From Lama glama (taxonomy: Eukaryota): DNA of 64,000 bases. The first letter of the stretch is position 1. The number at the start of each line of letters is the position of its first letter. The stretch covers positions 1,242,001 to 1,306,000 of the forward strand of contig CM052817.1 in assembly GCA_028534125.1 (NCBI GenBank), read 5' to 3'. The translations under genes and the position numbers were made by a program. The notes under the pieces are model-generated. The model did not search any database. It was not told the origin of the DNA and saw only the letters and a program-made list of their open reading frames with translations. Below, in pieces: positions 1 through 11,846 of this stretch.

Positions 1-68
1 GGAGGATGACAGGGTCTCCTGGCACAGGGCGCAATCCTCCAAGGCTGCGCTCCGCAGGGTCTGGGTGA
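1..68 (-). CDS. ZFYVE28: ZFYVE28 coding exon 11, 5' part (runs off the window)
   Basis: (V)TQTLRSAALEDCALCQETLSSS. Acceptor tctttcttccAG. In frame with exon 10. Confidence 0.95.
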
Positions 69-1016
69 CTGGAAGAAAGAGGGTGGCCGCTGGGGTCAAT
101 GGGCACCACCCGTCCCTGGTAGGCGCACGTGGGTGCTGCCAGCAGGGGGCAGCACCCCCACACTCGGAGTCCTGCACAGGGAGTAGAGTGAGTCACCGTA
201 GGCCTTGCCCACCGCCCCACAAGCTGGGTGCTGACCCTGGCAGGGGCCTTTCCATCTGAGTGCCCTCAGGCGAGTAGCTGGTCCTCCCAGTGGGCCCCTC
301 CACTGTCTGTGTGTGATCAGGTGCCCCTGGACCGTGACCCCCAGGGCAGGCAGGGGACACGGCCTGGCCCTGGCTCCGGGGCCCACCCTCCTTGCTTGCA
401 GAGGCAGTCCACAGCCCCGCCCTTTCTGAGCTGTGCCCAGAATTCCCTGGCAGGTGGGAGCAGTGTGGCCTGGTGGTAAGGACACTGGGAGGCAGACCTG
501 GGTTGGCACACAGGACAGATTGCTCCTCCTCTCTGTGGGCGAGGACGTGCCCTCCAGGCTGGGGGGTGGACTCCAGGGCTAGCTGGCTGCCCTGAATTCC
601 CAGATGTTCCTGCACAGAAGCCCCTGTGATGAGGGGCCACTTGGCCAGAGCAAGAGCCTCAGTCCGGTGGGGGGGAGGCAAGCAAGGGTCAGTCCCCCTC
701 CCCTCACTGGAACCCGCCACAGCCTTCCAGGGAGCTAGGGGCCAAGTTCCCTGTGCCTTCTCCTCCCCTGCCCTGACCCCTGCTCCCTTGCCAGGGAACT
801 CCATCCTGTACGTGTGCATGTGGGGGCACGCCTGCGTGTATGAGCCTGTGTGCACGCATGTGTATGCGAGGTGTGAAGACATGGACGAGAGCACGCTTCA
901 GCGTGTGTTAGCATGTGAGGGAGGCCACAGACAGCCACGCCCCCTGAAGCGGTGGAGCCACGGCCCCTCCCTGACTCTGGGCTGGCCTCTGGCTGCTTTG
1001 ACAGATGGAATTCAGT

Positions 1017-1078
1017 GGAAGTGACACTATGCCTCTTCTGGGTCTCGTCTCCAAGAGGAAGGGCACCCTGCCTCCCGG
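1017..1078. repeat. 62-bp dispersed direct repeat, copy 1
   Basis: Identical to 2189-2250. Confidence 0.95.
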
Positions 1079-1414
1079 CCGTCACCCCAAAATGCAGGCG
1101 ACCTTGCTGGGGCGGGTGCAGAGGGGAGGAGCAGGTGGGGCACGCACAAGTCGTGTGGGGTTGTGACCGCCTGCAACGCTGCGGGGTGGGGCCACTTCTC
1201 CAGGCAGGGGCCCTCTCAGGGTGCCCAGGGCCTGGAATGTGCACCCCTCAGCCCCCCAGCAGACAGCCCAGCACTGCTGGTGGTGGCCGTTTGTGCTGTG
1301 GCCCGTCATATAAAAGCAGGGGGACCGAGCAGAGGCCGTATCTGCCCCGGGCTAGGAGCGTGGGCCTCCGCAGGCCCTGCCTCCTGTCAGAGCCTGTCCC
1401 CAGCTTGCACTCAC

Positions 1415-1531
1415 CCTTCTTTAACTTTTCCTTGTCATCTGTTTCCGGCTTGGTGGCCATGACCTGGAAGAGGGTCTTGAGAATACTCCTCAGGTCGCTG
1501 GCATAGTTGGTCTGCAGCTGGTCGGCCACCC
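1415..1531 (-). CDS. ZFYVE28: ZFYVE28 coding exon 10 (117 nt, phase 1-1)
   Basis: (G)[38 protein letters not shown](V). Acceptor tccccctAG, donor GTgagt. Confidence 0.96.
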
Positions 1532-2188
1532 CTAGGGGGAGGACCAAGGTGGGGGTCAGGTGCTGCTGGCTGGTGAAACCCCACCAGGGCTCACGGTCCA
1601 AGACCAGTGTGTACCCAGATGAGCAGGGACAGGGAGAGGCCTTATCCGCAGGGTCACAGCCACAACCGTTAAGCGGCCCTGGCCCCTTACCAAGCCCCTC
1701 GCTGTGCCCACCCTGACGGCAGCCCTGTGCCTCACGGCCACCCAGCATCGAGCTGTGCCCTGCCCCCCGCAAACACTGGGCCCCAAGTAACCTTTGACTG
1801 CAGGGCCCCCGCGGTGTTCCATGTGGCTGGGGAGCCGAGGGCGGATCCTGTCCAGACACAGGGCCCAGCGCCTGGCTCCTCTGCCCACCCCCAAGCCTCC
1901 ACCCAGCAGGACAACGCTCCCCCCACCCCCACCTGCAGAGCTTTTCTTCGTCCCTCAGCAGGTGCACTCAGCCCTTCTCAGTGGAAAGCAATGCTAGCCC
2001 TGCAGGGAGCGAATTGGCTGTGATCCCCAGCAAAGCGAGGGGGTAGCTGTACATATCCCACTAGCATACGGATACCCTGTGGCCACCTCAGCGACACCCC
2101 CGCCCCGGGATTAAGACCCTGACCCTGCTGTGTCTGCCAGCTCACGGGCTGCCCCGCAGCTGCCCCTTGCCCTGTCCGTCCACCTGCA

Positions 2189-2250
2189 GGAAGTGACACT
2201 ATGCCTCTTCTGGGTCTCGTCTCCAAGAGGAAGGGCACCCTGCCTCCCGG
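2189..2250. repeat. 62-bp dispersed direct repeat, copy 2
   Basis: Identical to 1017-1078. Confidence 0.95.
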
Positions 2251-2804
2251 AAGGGCGCTGAGGAAACGCTGGCCTGCAGGACGAGCGCTGTCTGAGTCTG
2301 AGCGCCAGCCCTGGCGGCCGAGAATGGCGTGCGGAGCCCAGGGAGGGGGCTTCATGGCACAGCGGTTATCCTTCTGAACCATGTGACCGCTGCAGTTCTT
2401 TAAAACTCATGAAACTGAAGGAAAACGTTTAAAAGACACATTTGTGCTCACTCCCCTCTCCAAATTACCCTGGGAGACTAAACAGTCATCTTCCCCTTCA
2501 CCCTCCTCTGCTCACTGTCCCAGAGAAGAAAGGAAACAGTCAGTCAGGATGTGCAACGACATCTGAGACACAAATTGAACAGAACCAGCCTGGGGGCAGC
2601 TGAGGGGCTGCCTGTCGCCGGGGGGGCCTGATGCAGGACGCCCTCCGCTTTCCCGGGCACCGGGGCCATCGCAGGGCTCACACAGCGCCGGCACCACTGG
2701 GGCCCCCACATCAGTGGGGGGCCCCCTGCCCCCGGCAGCAGCTGTTCTGCTAAAGCACAGCCCCCATGTGTCCCCAGGCCCCGCCTCAGGCCCAGATGTG
2801 GCAC

Positions 2805-2938
2805 CTGAAATGCAGACAAACAGGCGGTGGATCAGGTCGTGGCTTCCGTGGAACCTGGACCGGATCTTCTCTCTCGTGGCTGCGGGGGCTACCTCTGGTC
2901 CGGTCTTGTCTGAGGAGCAGGAACTGGCTGTGGGGCTG
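2805..2938 (-). CDS. ZFYVE28: ZFYVE28 coding exon 9 (134 nt, phase 2-1; alternative NAGNAG start at 2935)
   Basis: (S)[44 protein letters not shown](G). Acceptor gcacAG|CAG, donor GTgcca. Confidence 0.94.
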
Positions 2939-3189
2939 CTGTGCACAGAGGGAGACATGGGGGCTTGGGGTGGGGGCGGCGAGTGAAGGCAAGCTCTGTG
3001 CTAACGCCCAGGAGTGCTCTGGGCTTCACTCCATGTGCCGACTTCCCGGCAAGAGCCGCCGCACCTGCCATGCCCATACCCCCTGCAGCGGGCTGCCCCC
3101 CCCCCCAGAGTGCTCACAGGGCCTGCGCAAGCGTGCCCTTGTTTGGAATAGGGCTCTTTGCAGCTGTAGCCAAGGCAAGGTAAGGGTGC

Positions 3190-3400
3190 GGAGGCCATCT
3201 GGGATGCCCTGGCAGCGGCCCTAGCCTAATGGCAGGTGTCTCTACACCAGTTCACAGGGGAGCTGAGGGGGCTAAGGAGCCACAACACAGGGGTTGGGTG
3301 GTGCCACGAGCCAGAGGACGCCTGGAGCCACCAGAAGCTGGAAGGAACCTCCCCCGGAGCCTCCGGAGGGGGCGTGGCCCCATCAGATTTCAGACTCGTG
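3190..3400 (+). mobile_element. MLT1-family LTR fragment
   Basis: GCCACGAGCCAGAGGACGCCTGGAGCCACCAGAAGCTGGAAG..GAGCCTCCGGAGGG. Confidence 0.65.
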
Positions 3401-3671
3401 GCCACACACTTCCCTTCCACTTCCTCGTGGTCTCTCCGTGGGAGTTCTCAGCTCCTTGTGCCGAAGTCATAGCGCAGTCAAGCCTGTACTGAGTTAGGGT
3501 GTCCAGCTGCCCCCCTCCCAGCTCCGGGGGGGGGGAGTGTCTGCTGACCCTCTGGCTCTCAGATTATTTACCTCTGTCTTCCTGTCGTTTTTGTCCTACA
3601 TTCTGGGAAATTTCTTCCTCTCCCCCCTCCCCAATTTTCCCCTTGACATTTTTGCTACCAGTGTGTGTTTG

Positions 3672-3796
3672 GTTTTTTTGCTAGGGGAGGTAATTATGTA
3701 TATTTCTTTATTTAGTCTTAGAGGAGGTACTGGGGATTGAACCCAGGACCTCATGCATGCTAAGCATGCATCCTACTGCTTGAGCTATACCCTCCC
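3672..3796 (-). mobile_element. tRNA-derived SINE (camelid Vic-1-like)
   Basis: Reverse complement reads GGGAGGGTATAGCTCA...GGTCCTGGGTTCAATCCCCAG (A and B boxes), followed by an AATTACCTCCCC tail. Confidence 0.85.
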
Positions 3797-4824
3797 TGCT
3801 CCTACCAGGCATTTAATTTTCTGTTCTCTCTGTTGTTTCATGGATGTGAAATCTTTTATCTATTTACAAACATTCATTACAATTTTTTTTAAAGTTGCCT
3901 TGGCTGGCCTGCACAGTCCGTTCTCCCTTTTCTGGTCTGTTTCATGTCAGACCCACGCCTCAAATGCACGGGATCCCTATTTTCCAGGGAGGCACTGAAA
4001 GGCCACCTGGTGTGACAGGTGGAGCAGCGGCCACCCTCACGTTGCTGGTGGGCGTGTAAACTGGTGCAGTGACTTTGCAGAGTTGCTTTGGCACCGTCTG
4101 AGTGCAGCCGAGGGTCTGTGGCCAGTACACACCCAAGACTCTGCCTTTGTGCATCTGCAGACATGACAGAATCCTCTGGGCAGCTCCGGAAGTTCCAGCA
4201 AAAACCCACTAGCGAGGGAGGAAGAGCAACTGTGATTTCCTCTCACCACGGCTGGCCTGATCCAGGCGGGTGAGCAGCTCTGGCCCCTTGTGGACATAAA
4301 GGACCCCCACACTGCGTGCCTCCCCTGACACCACAGAGAAGCATGCACAGCTGCCTAATGTCTTACTTAGGGGTACGTGCCTTGGGATAAAACTACCAGG
4401 AAGCTTACGGTGTGACGTGTTTGAGGATTCAGTGCAGAGTGGGTGGGGCAGGAAGGCGCCCCAGACGGGCTTCAGGGGTTCCCTTCCCTCTGTCGAGTGC
4501 GGGTGCGTGACTGTGCGATTTATCGGCACATTTCAATGACTTGGACATTCCTTTACAAGTATTTAATGTTTCACTGGAGCACAGAGGGGCGCTGGGAGGC
4601 TGGCGGGGAGGCTGGCAGGGAGGCTGGGCTCACTGCTGCGCTGGCACCCTTGTGATCTCCACTTCTCCGCTCCCAGACTGCCAGTTCCAGAGACTAAGCC
4701 CCCAGGGCGGGGGGTGGGCCTGGCTGCTCCTATCCTGGGAGCTGAGTAAGGAAAGGTGACAGAACTTTATTGTCCAGGGGGTCAACTTCCATCAGTACCC
4801 CAGTCTCAGTCCACAGCCTCACCT

Positions 4825-5340
4825 ACAAGATTTGAAAGCAGGGACCCAAACAAACTCTTACAAACTTCACAGCAGCATTATTCATAACAGCCCAAAGGTA
4901 GAAACAACCTAAGTGCTCATCAACAGATGAGCAGATCAATAAAATGTAATCCAGCCACACAATGGAATATTTTTCTGCTTTAAAAAGGAAGGACATTCTG
5001 ACACCTGCTACCACGTGGATGAACCTTGAGGACATTATACTCAGTGAAGTAAGTCGGTCCCCAAAGGACAAATACTGTGTTATCCCCCTTACATGAGGTC
5101 CCCAGGGGAGTCAAAGTCACAGAAGCAGAGAGCAGAATGGTGGCTGCCAGGGGCTGGAGGAGGGAGAGTCAAGAGTTACTGTTTAATGGGGACAGAGTTT
5201 CAGTTTGGGACGACAAAACAGTTCTGGGAATAGACAGTGCTGATAGTTATACAACATGGTGAATGTGCATAATGCCACTGTACCCTTAAATAGGGTTAAA
5301 ATAATAAATTTTATATTACATATATTTTGCCAAAATTCAA
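4825..5340 (+). mobile_element. Old L1 (L1MB-like) 3' end
   Basis: CAGCAGCATTATTCATAACAGCC..AAACAACCTAAGTG..TGGATGAACCTTGAGGACATTATACTCAGTGAA. Confidence 0.85.
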
Positions 5341-5640
5341 AACAGGAAAAAAAGATTTCGGGCAGGGGAGAGCAGAGGAAAGGCAATGGAAGACGCCCAA
5401 GTGGCAAGGGGAGTGGATGGGTCAGGCTTCAACACAGCAGGCGAAGAGCAAATACACGCTAAAGGCCATTAATGACACACTTCTAAAAGCTGAACTTTGT
5501 GGTATAGAGACTACACATCAGTAAAGCTGTCACTGTTAAAGACTCAGTTATATTAAGATACAGTGCAGTAAACAAACTAAAAACGAAATTGAGAAGCAAT
5601 CCTATTTGTAATAGCATCAAAAAAGATGAAAAATATTTGG

Positions 5641-5756
5641 AGGGGGAGGGTCTAGCTCAGTGGTAGAGCACATGCTTAGCATGCACAAGGTCCTGGGTTC
5701 AATCCCCGGTTCCTGCTCTAAAAATAAATAAACCTCAATATCCCTTCCAAAAAAAG
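5641..5756 (+). mobile_element. tRNA-derived SINE (Vic-1-like) inserted in L1
   Basis: GGGGAGGGTCTAGCTCAGTGGTAGAGCACATGCTTAGCATGCACAAGGTCCTGGGTTCAATCCCC plus an A-rich tail. Confidence 0.87.
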
Positions 5757-7513
5757 ATTTAAATTATCTGGAATAAATTTAACAAAAAAAAGTGCTAGAG
5801 TTATACACCGAAAACTACAAAATGCCATTGAAATAAAATAAGACCTAAATAAAAGCAGAGACATCATATGTTCATGGACTGGAGGAATTTAATATTGTTT
5901 GTTGACATGGCAACACTCCCTAAATGATCAACAGGCTCAATGCAACCCATATTAAAATGTCAGCTGCCTCTTTTTTCCATGCAGAAGTTGACAAGCCGAT
6001 CCTAAAATTCATACATTAATGCAAGGACTCAGGACAGCCAAAACACTTTGAAAAATAATAAAACAAAACTGGAGGACTCACACCCATGATTTGAAATGTA
6101 ATGTGAAACCACAGCAACCAAGACTGTGGCGCTGGCACAGGAGACGTGACGATGGGATGGAACTGCGGCTGCAGAGACAAACCCGTGCATTTACGGGCCG
6201 CTGACTTTCACAGAGAGTGCCCAGACGTTCAATAAGGAAAGGACAGCCTTTTCAAGAAACAGTGCTGGGTTGGAGAAAAGACAGTCTCTTCAGTAAGCGG
6301 GGCTGGGAAAACCGGACAGCTACATGTGAAGAGCGAAATTCGAGCATTCTCTAACACCATATGTAAAAACAAACTCAGAATGGATCAAAGACCTAAATGT
6401 AAGACCGGAAACCATAAAACTGCTAGAGGGAAACATAGGTAGAACACTTTTTGACATAAATCATTACGATATTTTTTTGGATCTGTTTCCTGAGGCAAAG
6501 GAAACAAAAGCAAAAACCCCAACGGTACCTCATTAAACTTAAAAGGCTTTGCGCAGCAAGGGAAACCATCAACAGAATGAAAAGACAACCTACTGAACAG
6601 GAGGAAATATTTGCAAACGACATGACTGGTAAGGGGTTAATATCCAAGATATATAAACAGCTCATACAACTCAACATCAAAAAATTAAACAACTGGATTA
6701 AAAACTGGGCAGAAGACGTGAACAGACAATTTTCCAAAGAAGACATACAGATAGCCAGCGGGCACATGAAAAGACGCTCAACACTGCTAACAATCAGAGA
6801 AATGCACATCAAAACCACGATGAGCTATCACTTCCCACCTGTCAGAATGGCTATTATCAAAAAGGCCACAAATAACAAACGATGGTGAGGCTGTAGAGAA
6901 AAGGGAGCCCTCCTACACTGTTGACGGAAATGTAAATCGGTGCAGTCAGTGCGGAAAACAGTATGGAGGTTCCTCAAAATACTAACAATAGAAATACCAC
7001 ATGATCCAGCAATCCCACCCCTGGGTATATATCAAAGAAAACAAAAACTCTAGTCTGGAAAGACACATGCACCCCAGTGTTCACAGCAGCGCTATTTACA
7101 ATAGCCAAAACATAGAAGCAACCTGCGTGTCCATCAACAGATGACTGGATAAAGAAGATGATACACACACAGACGTGTGCATGCACGTGCACTGGAATAT
7201 TACTCAGCCATGAAAAAGAATGAAAATTTGTCATTTGCAGCAACATGGATCGATGCAGAGGGCATTATTTAGTGAAATAAGTCAGACAGAGAAAGACAAA
7301 TACTGCATATTATCACTTATATATAGAATCTAAAAAATAAAATGAAGGAATATGATCAAACAGAAATAGACTCAGATAAAGAGAACAAACTAGTGGTTAC
7401 CAGTGGTGAGAGGAAGGGGGAAGGGGACTAAGAGGTACAAACTATAAAATAAACAAGCTATAAGATACACTGTACAGCACAGGGAACGTAGTTAGTATTT
7501 TATAATGACTTTA

Positions 7514-7627
7514 GTAGAGTGTGTGCTTAGCATGCACAAGGTCCTGGGTTCAATCCCCAGCACCTCCATCAAAAGTAAATAAGTAAACCTAATTACCTCC
7601 CCCACAAAAAGATTAAACAAAAGAAAT
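7514..7627 (+). mobile_element. 5'-truncated tRNA-derived SINE (Vic-1-like)
   Basis: GTAGAGTGTGTGCTTAGCATGCACAAGGTCCTGGGTTCAATCCCCAGCACCTCC...AAACCTAATTACCTCCCCC. Confidence 0.85.
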
Positions 7628-7639
7628 ATAATAACTCTA

Positions 7640-7808
7640 TTTTTAAAACTCTTCTGTTTTTAATTTTATTTTTATTTTATTTTTAAAATTTTATTGGGGG
7701 GAGGTAATTAGGTTTATTGACTTATATTTGGAGGACGTACTGGGGATTGAACCCAGGACCTTGTGCATGCTAGGCATGCACTCTACCACTAAGCTATACC
7801 CTCCCCCC
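7640..7808 (-). mobile_element. tRNA-derived SINE (Vic-1-like), full length
   Basis: Reverse-complement copy of the same family, with a T-rich tail at 7640-7695. Confidence 0.87.
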
Positions 7809-9744
7809 ATAATAACTTTAAATGGAGTATAATCCATAAAAATACTGAATCACTATGTTGTAATCTGAAACTAGCATAATATCGTAAATCAATATATTTC
7901 AGTAGAAAAAGTCTATTAAGTGGCTCTGGGAAAACTGCATTTCCACATACAAAAGAATGAGGTGAGACTTCACCGTACACCATACACAAAAATAACCTCA
8001 AAAGAGATCAAAGACCTGTGTGAAAGAGCTAAAACTCTAAAATTCTTAGAAAAGAAACATACATCTTTGTGGGCCTGGATTAGGCAATAGTTTGTTCGAT
8101 GCAGCTTCAAAAACACAGCAACTAAAGACAGATACCTTGTTCAGAAGTTCCTCACACAGTGTGACCCAGCAATTCCAATTCAAGGTGTTTACCCAGGAGA
8201 ACTGAAACATACATTCATACAAAAATTAAACTTAAAAACTCTCGTGCTTCAAAAGACACTATCAAAAAAGTGAGAAGACAACCCACAGAAGGGGAATCTG
8301 TCAAGGGTACAGTATCTGATGGATAGAAAGAACTCTTACAAGTGAACAATAAAAAGATAAATCACCCAACTAAAGGACGGGCAAAGGATGTGAAAAGACA
8401 CACAAATGGCCAGTCAACACACGAAAAGATGCTCAGCATCATCAGTCACCTGGGAAGTGGAAATTAAAATGACCATGTGATATTTTAAACCCATCACAAT
8501 GACTATAATAATTTAAAAAGAAAACAGAAAACAACAAGTGTGGGTGAAGGTATGGAGGAGAATCTCCAATGTCACGGGCACCCCCGAAAACAGTTTGGCA
8601 GCTCCTCGTGCAGGCTGACCTGGCAACTGCACCTCGAGGTCCCTACCTAAGAGAATTGAAACGCATTCACACAAAACATCGTACGTGGATGTTCCTACTT
8701 ACTAGCCAAAAAGATGGAACAACCCAAATGTCCGTCAGCTGATGGCTGGATAAACAAAACGTGGTCTGGCCGCAGGGCGGAATTAATTGTCAGCCACTGA
8801 AAGGAGTGCGGCGCTGCTGGGCACTACAGCATGAGCGGAGTAACAGAAGCCAGCCACAAAGGTCACATCGCATACGACTTTTTTCCTTTCAGAAGTCTGG
8901 ACTAGGCAAGTCCACAGAGACAGAAAGTAGATTTAATGGTGGCATGGTTGCCAGTCGCTGAAGGGAGGAGACAATGAGCTGGGGCTTCTTTACGGGTGAT
9001 GAAAAAGTTCTGAGGTTAGGTAGTGGTGACAGGTGCACAACTCTGGGAATATACTGAAAACCACTGACTTGTACATTTTAAAAAGAATAAAAGAATGTTT
9101 TTCTTGTAATATCTAGCAAACTCAAGAAATGGTTCAAGCTAAATGCCCATCAAGAGTGGGTTGATTCAGTAAATTATCACAGTCATACGGTTGCCACTTT
9201 GTAGGATAGTTAGTGATGCTGGAAATGCTGAAATATGAAATAGGTAGCGTGTGAAAAGTTAGAGACATCATACACACACAAATGAGACACTGGGAAATGC
9301 AGGCAAGGCAGAGCGCTGACGTGACACCGATCTGAGCAGCAGGGCGATGGCTGTGCGTCTTTTCCAGAGTCCCCCATGGCCATGTGCGATGGGTGTGCTC
9401 AGAGCCACTGTTACGCCGGGGGAGGAAGGGCTGCAGCCTGCCTGTGGCTCGGGCTTGTTTCTAAGAGGAGGCAGAAGGCAGCCCGGGAAGGCTTCAGCCC
9501 TGCAGCCCCAGCCCCTCTGGTAAGGCCCCGGAGGCGGAAGCCTTTCTGGACGGTGTGCCGCTGTGGGGAAGGGCCCTGACTTCAGTGGAGCCTGGAGAGC
9601 TGTGAAGCCAGAGCTTCCGATGGTGCCACAGAAGAGGGAGCTCTTCTAGCGGGCTAAGCCCCAGGCCGGCCCACAGGAGGTGGGGGGCCAAAGGGAGGAC
9701 TACTGTCCCAGCCCCAGGCCCTCACCTGCGGCGCTGCAGAGCAG

Positions 9745-9908
9745 GTGTGTGTGTGTGTTTGTGTATGTCTGTGTCTGTGTGTGTGCATCTGTGTATCTGT
9801 GTGTGTCTATGTGTGTACGTGTCTCCGTGTGTGTCTGTGTGTGTCTATGTGTGTTTGTGTGTCTGTGTGTGTCTATGTGTTTGTGTGCATGTTCGTGTGC
9901 GTGTGTGT
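9745..9908. repeat. Degenerate (TG)n microsatellite
   Basis: Directly visible. Confidence 0.95.
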
Positions 9909-11097
9909 TGGTGGGGTAGGGTACGGATGGAAAAAGAGCCAAAAGCTCCATAAAGAAACTGGTCCAGGGCAGGAAAACCAGTCAGGTGCTTCCCCCAGGC
10001 CGACCCCAGGGAACAAGAGAGCAGGAAACTGCAGTGGGCCTGGAGTTCCACCTGGGGCCCAGGCCTGGGGCCTGTCCAGTTCAGCCCGGTCTCCCGGACT
10101 GCATGGAGCCCCAGCAACACTGCCCAGGGCCACCGTTTTGGAAGGTGCTGATCCTCCATGGGCAGCTGCTGGACAGGCAGGGTGGGGACATGGAAGAGGG
10201 TCCCAGGGATGAATCAGACCCTGTGTGTGTCCCCCAAGAGCCCAGCCTAGCGGGAGAGCCACACACATTAACAAGACAGAGCTGAGAAGCTGGCTGATGC
10301 CCAGCGGGTCTGTGGCCATGGTGAGTGCAAGAGCAGTGAGGGTGAGATGTGGCTGGAACCTGAGATGCAGAGGGAAAGAGAGCGTGAGAGACTGGGGCCG
10401 AAGGAGTGAGGGGCATCCACCTGCCAAGGGCTCCCCTTGCCTCACAGAGGAGTCAGACACACCCACCCAGTCACTCAGTGTTAAGCCTGCCTGGTCACCT
10501 GGATGTCGGAAACTCCAGCACCTTCCGTGACTGATGCCCAGTTCTGCTTCCCGCCACTCTCACAGAAGGCAGTTCCCTGTAACGACTCCACTTGGGTTGA
10601 ATTACTAGGAAGTGCCATTGTTCTAGCATTGAGTCCAGTGCAATTCCAAATGGTTCTATCAATACCGAAGGTTTTGTCCAGCTTGTGTCTTTAGTCATGG
10701 TCAAAGTCAGGGCACAGCACTGCAGCAAACTTTCCAAAGTGCACTTCTCCAAAGGCACATGTGAACAAGTGTCTGATTCCACTGTCAGAGTAGGAAAAAA
10801 ATGGCCTTTTGAGAGAAAAAAGGCACTTTGTCTTCTTGAACTTCTAGGGGTCAGTCAGAGAGATAACCTGGAAAAACTAATAGCATTGCAAGGTGCTTCT
10901 TACATAGGTACATCCGTGAGCCTTTGAAACCCTTTGTAAAGGCCTAATTAGGGGAAAACAAGGAGTACCACGAGGAGCTGATGGGCTCCAGAGGCCCAGG
11001 GTAAGTATGCTTGGATGTGATAGTTTGGGCATTTGCACAACCACATAGCAATTCTAGTGAGCCAGCCTGGGCCCTGCTAGCTGCTCCTTGCAAAAGA

Positions 11098-11385
11098 CAT
11101 CCACCCATCCACCCACCCATCCACCTATCCATCCAACTATCCATCCACCCATCCACCCATCCACCTACCCATCCATCCATCCACCCATCCATCTATCTAT
11201 CCATCCACCCACCCATCCACCTATCCATCCAACTATCCATCCACCCATCCACCCATCCACCTACCCATCCATCCATCCACCCATCCATCTATCTATCCAT
11301 CCACCCACCCATCCACCTATCTATCCATCTGTCCATCCATCCACCTTTCCAGCCAATAAGCTGTCTGTCCATCCACCCATCCATT
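11098..11385. repeat. (CCAT/CCAC)n microsatellite with a 96-bp higher-order duplication
   Basis: Directly visible; the translation repeats [32 protein letters not shown] twice. Confidence 0.95.
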
Positions 11386-11419
11386 CTACTATGACAAGGA
11401 TTTAACAGGGAGGCATGTA

Positions 11420-11846
11420 TGTACTGATATGTGTCCCCCCAAATTCATGTTGAAGTGCTAACCCCTGGGACCTCAGAATGTGGCCTTATTTGGAAATAGG
11501 GTCCTTGCAGGTGTAATTAGTTAAGATGAGCCGTAACTAATGACCTTAAGCCCAAAGTGATTGGTGTCCTTCTACAAACTGGAAATTTAGACCCAAACGA
11601 GCAAAGAAGGGGAACGACATGTGAAGATGAAGACAGAGATCAGGGTGATGCACCTGTAAGCTGAGGATGGCCATCCACCACCAGAGTGAGGGACAGGCCT
11701 GAGACAGAGGCTCCCTCACAGCCTCAGAAGGAACCAGCCCGGCTGACACCTTCTGGCCTCCAGAACTGAGACAATTTCTGTGGTTTACCTCCTCCCCGAC
11801 CCCAGTTTGTAGTACTGTGTTACAGGAGCCCTAACACACACAAGAT
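11420..11846 (+). mobile_element. MLT1-family (ERVL-MaLR) solo LTR
   Basis: TGTGTCCCCCCAAATTCATGTTGAAG..GGACCTCAGAATGTGGCCTTATTTGGAAATAGGGTC..CCTCAGAAGGAACCAGCC..TTCTGGCCTCCAGAACTG. Confidence 0.85.

Larger units (their letters stand above)
5560..9085 (+). mobile_element. Old L1 ORF2/3'UTR remnant interrupted at ~6270-7920 by a younger L1 and SINEs
   Basis: ORF2 C-terminal peptide [29 protein letters not shown] (6577..6888). The same ORF2 segment recurs near 8270, which shows two nested elements. Confidence 0.88.

Noticed and set aside
5641..5720. tRNA-like sequences with A and B boxes (also near 7740, 19355 and 57670)
   Set aside because: Degenerate, with SINE tails and multiple dispersed copies; not tRNA genes.
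6577..6888. ORF with L1 ORF2 C-terminal similarity (also at 61140-61331 and 59981-60211)
   Set aside because: Fragments of dead, frameshifted L1 copies, not host genes.
9680..11405. Cys/Val-rich and His/Pro-rich ORFs (also at 46244-47065)
   Set aside because: Translations of (TG)n and (CCAT)n microsatellites.
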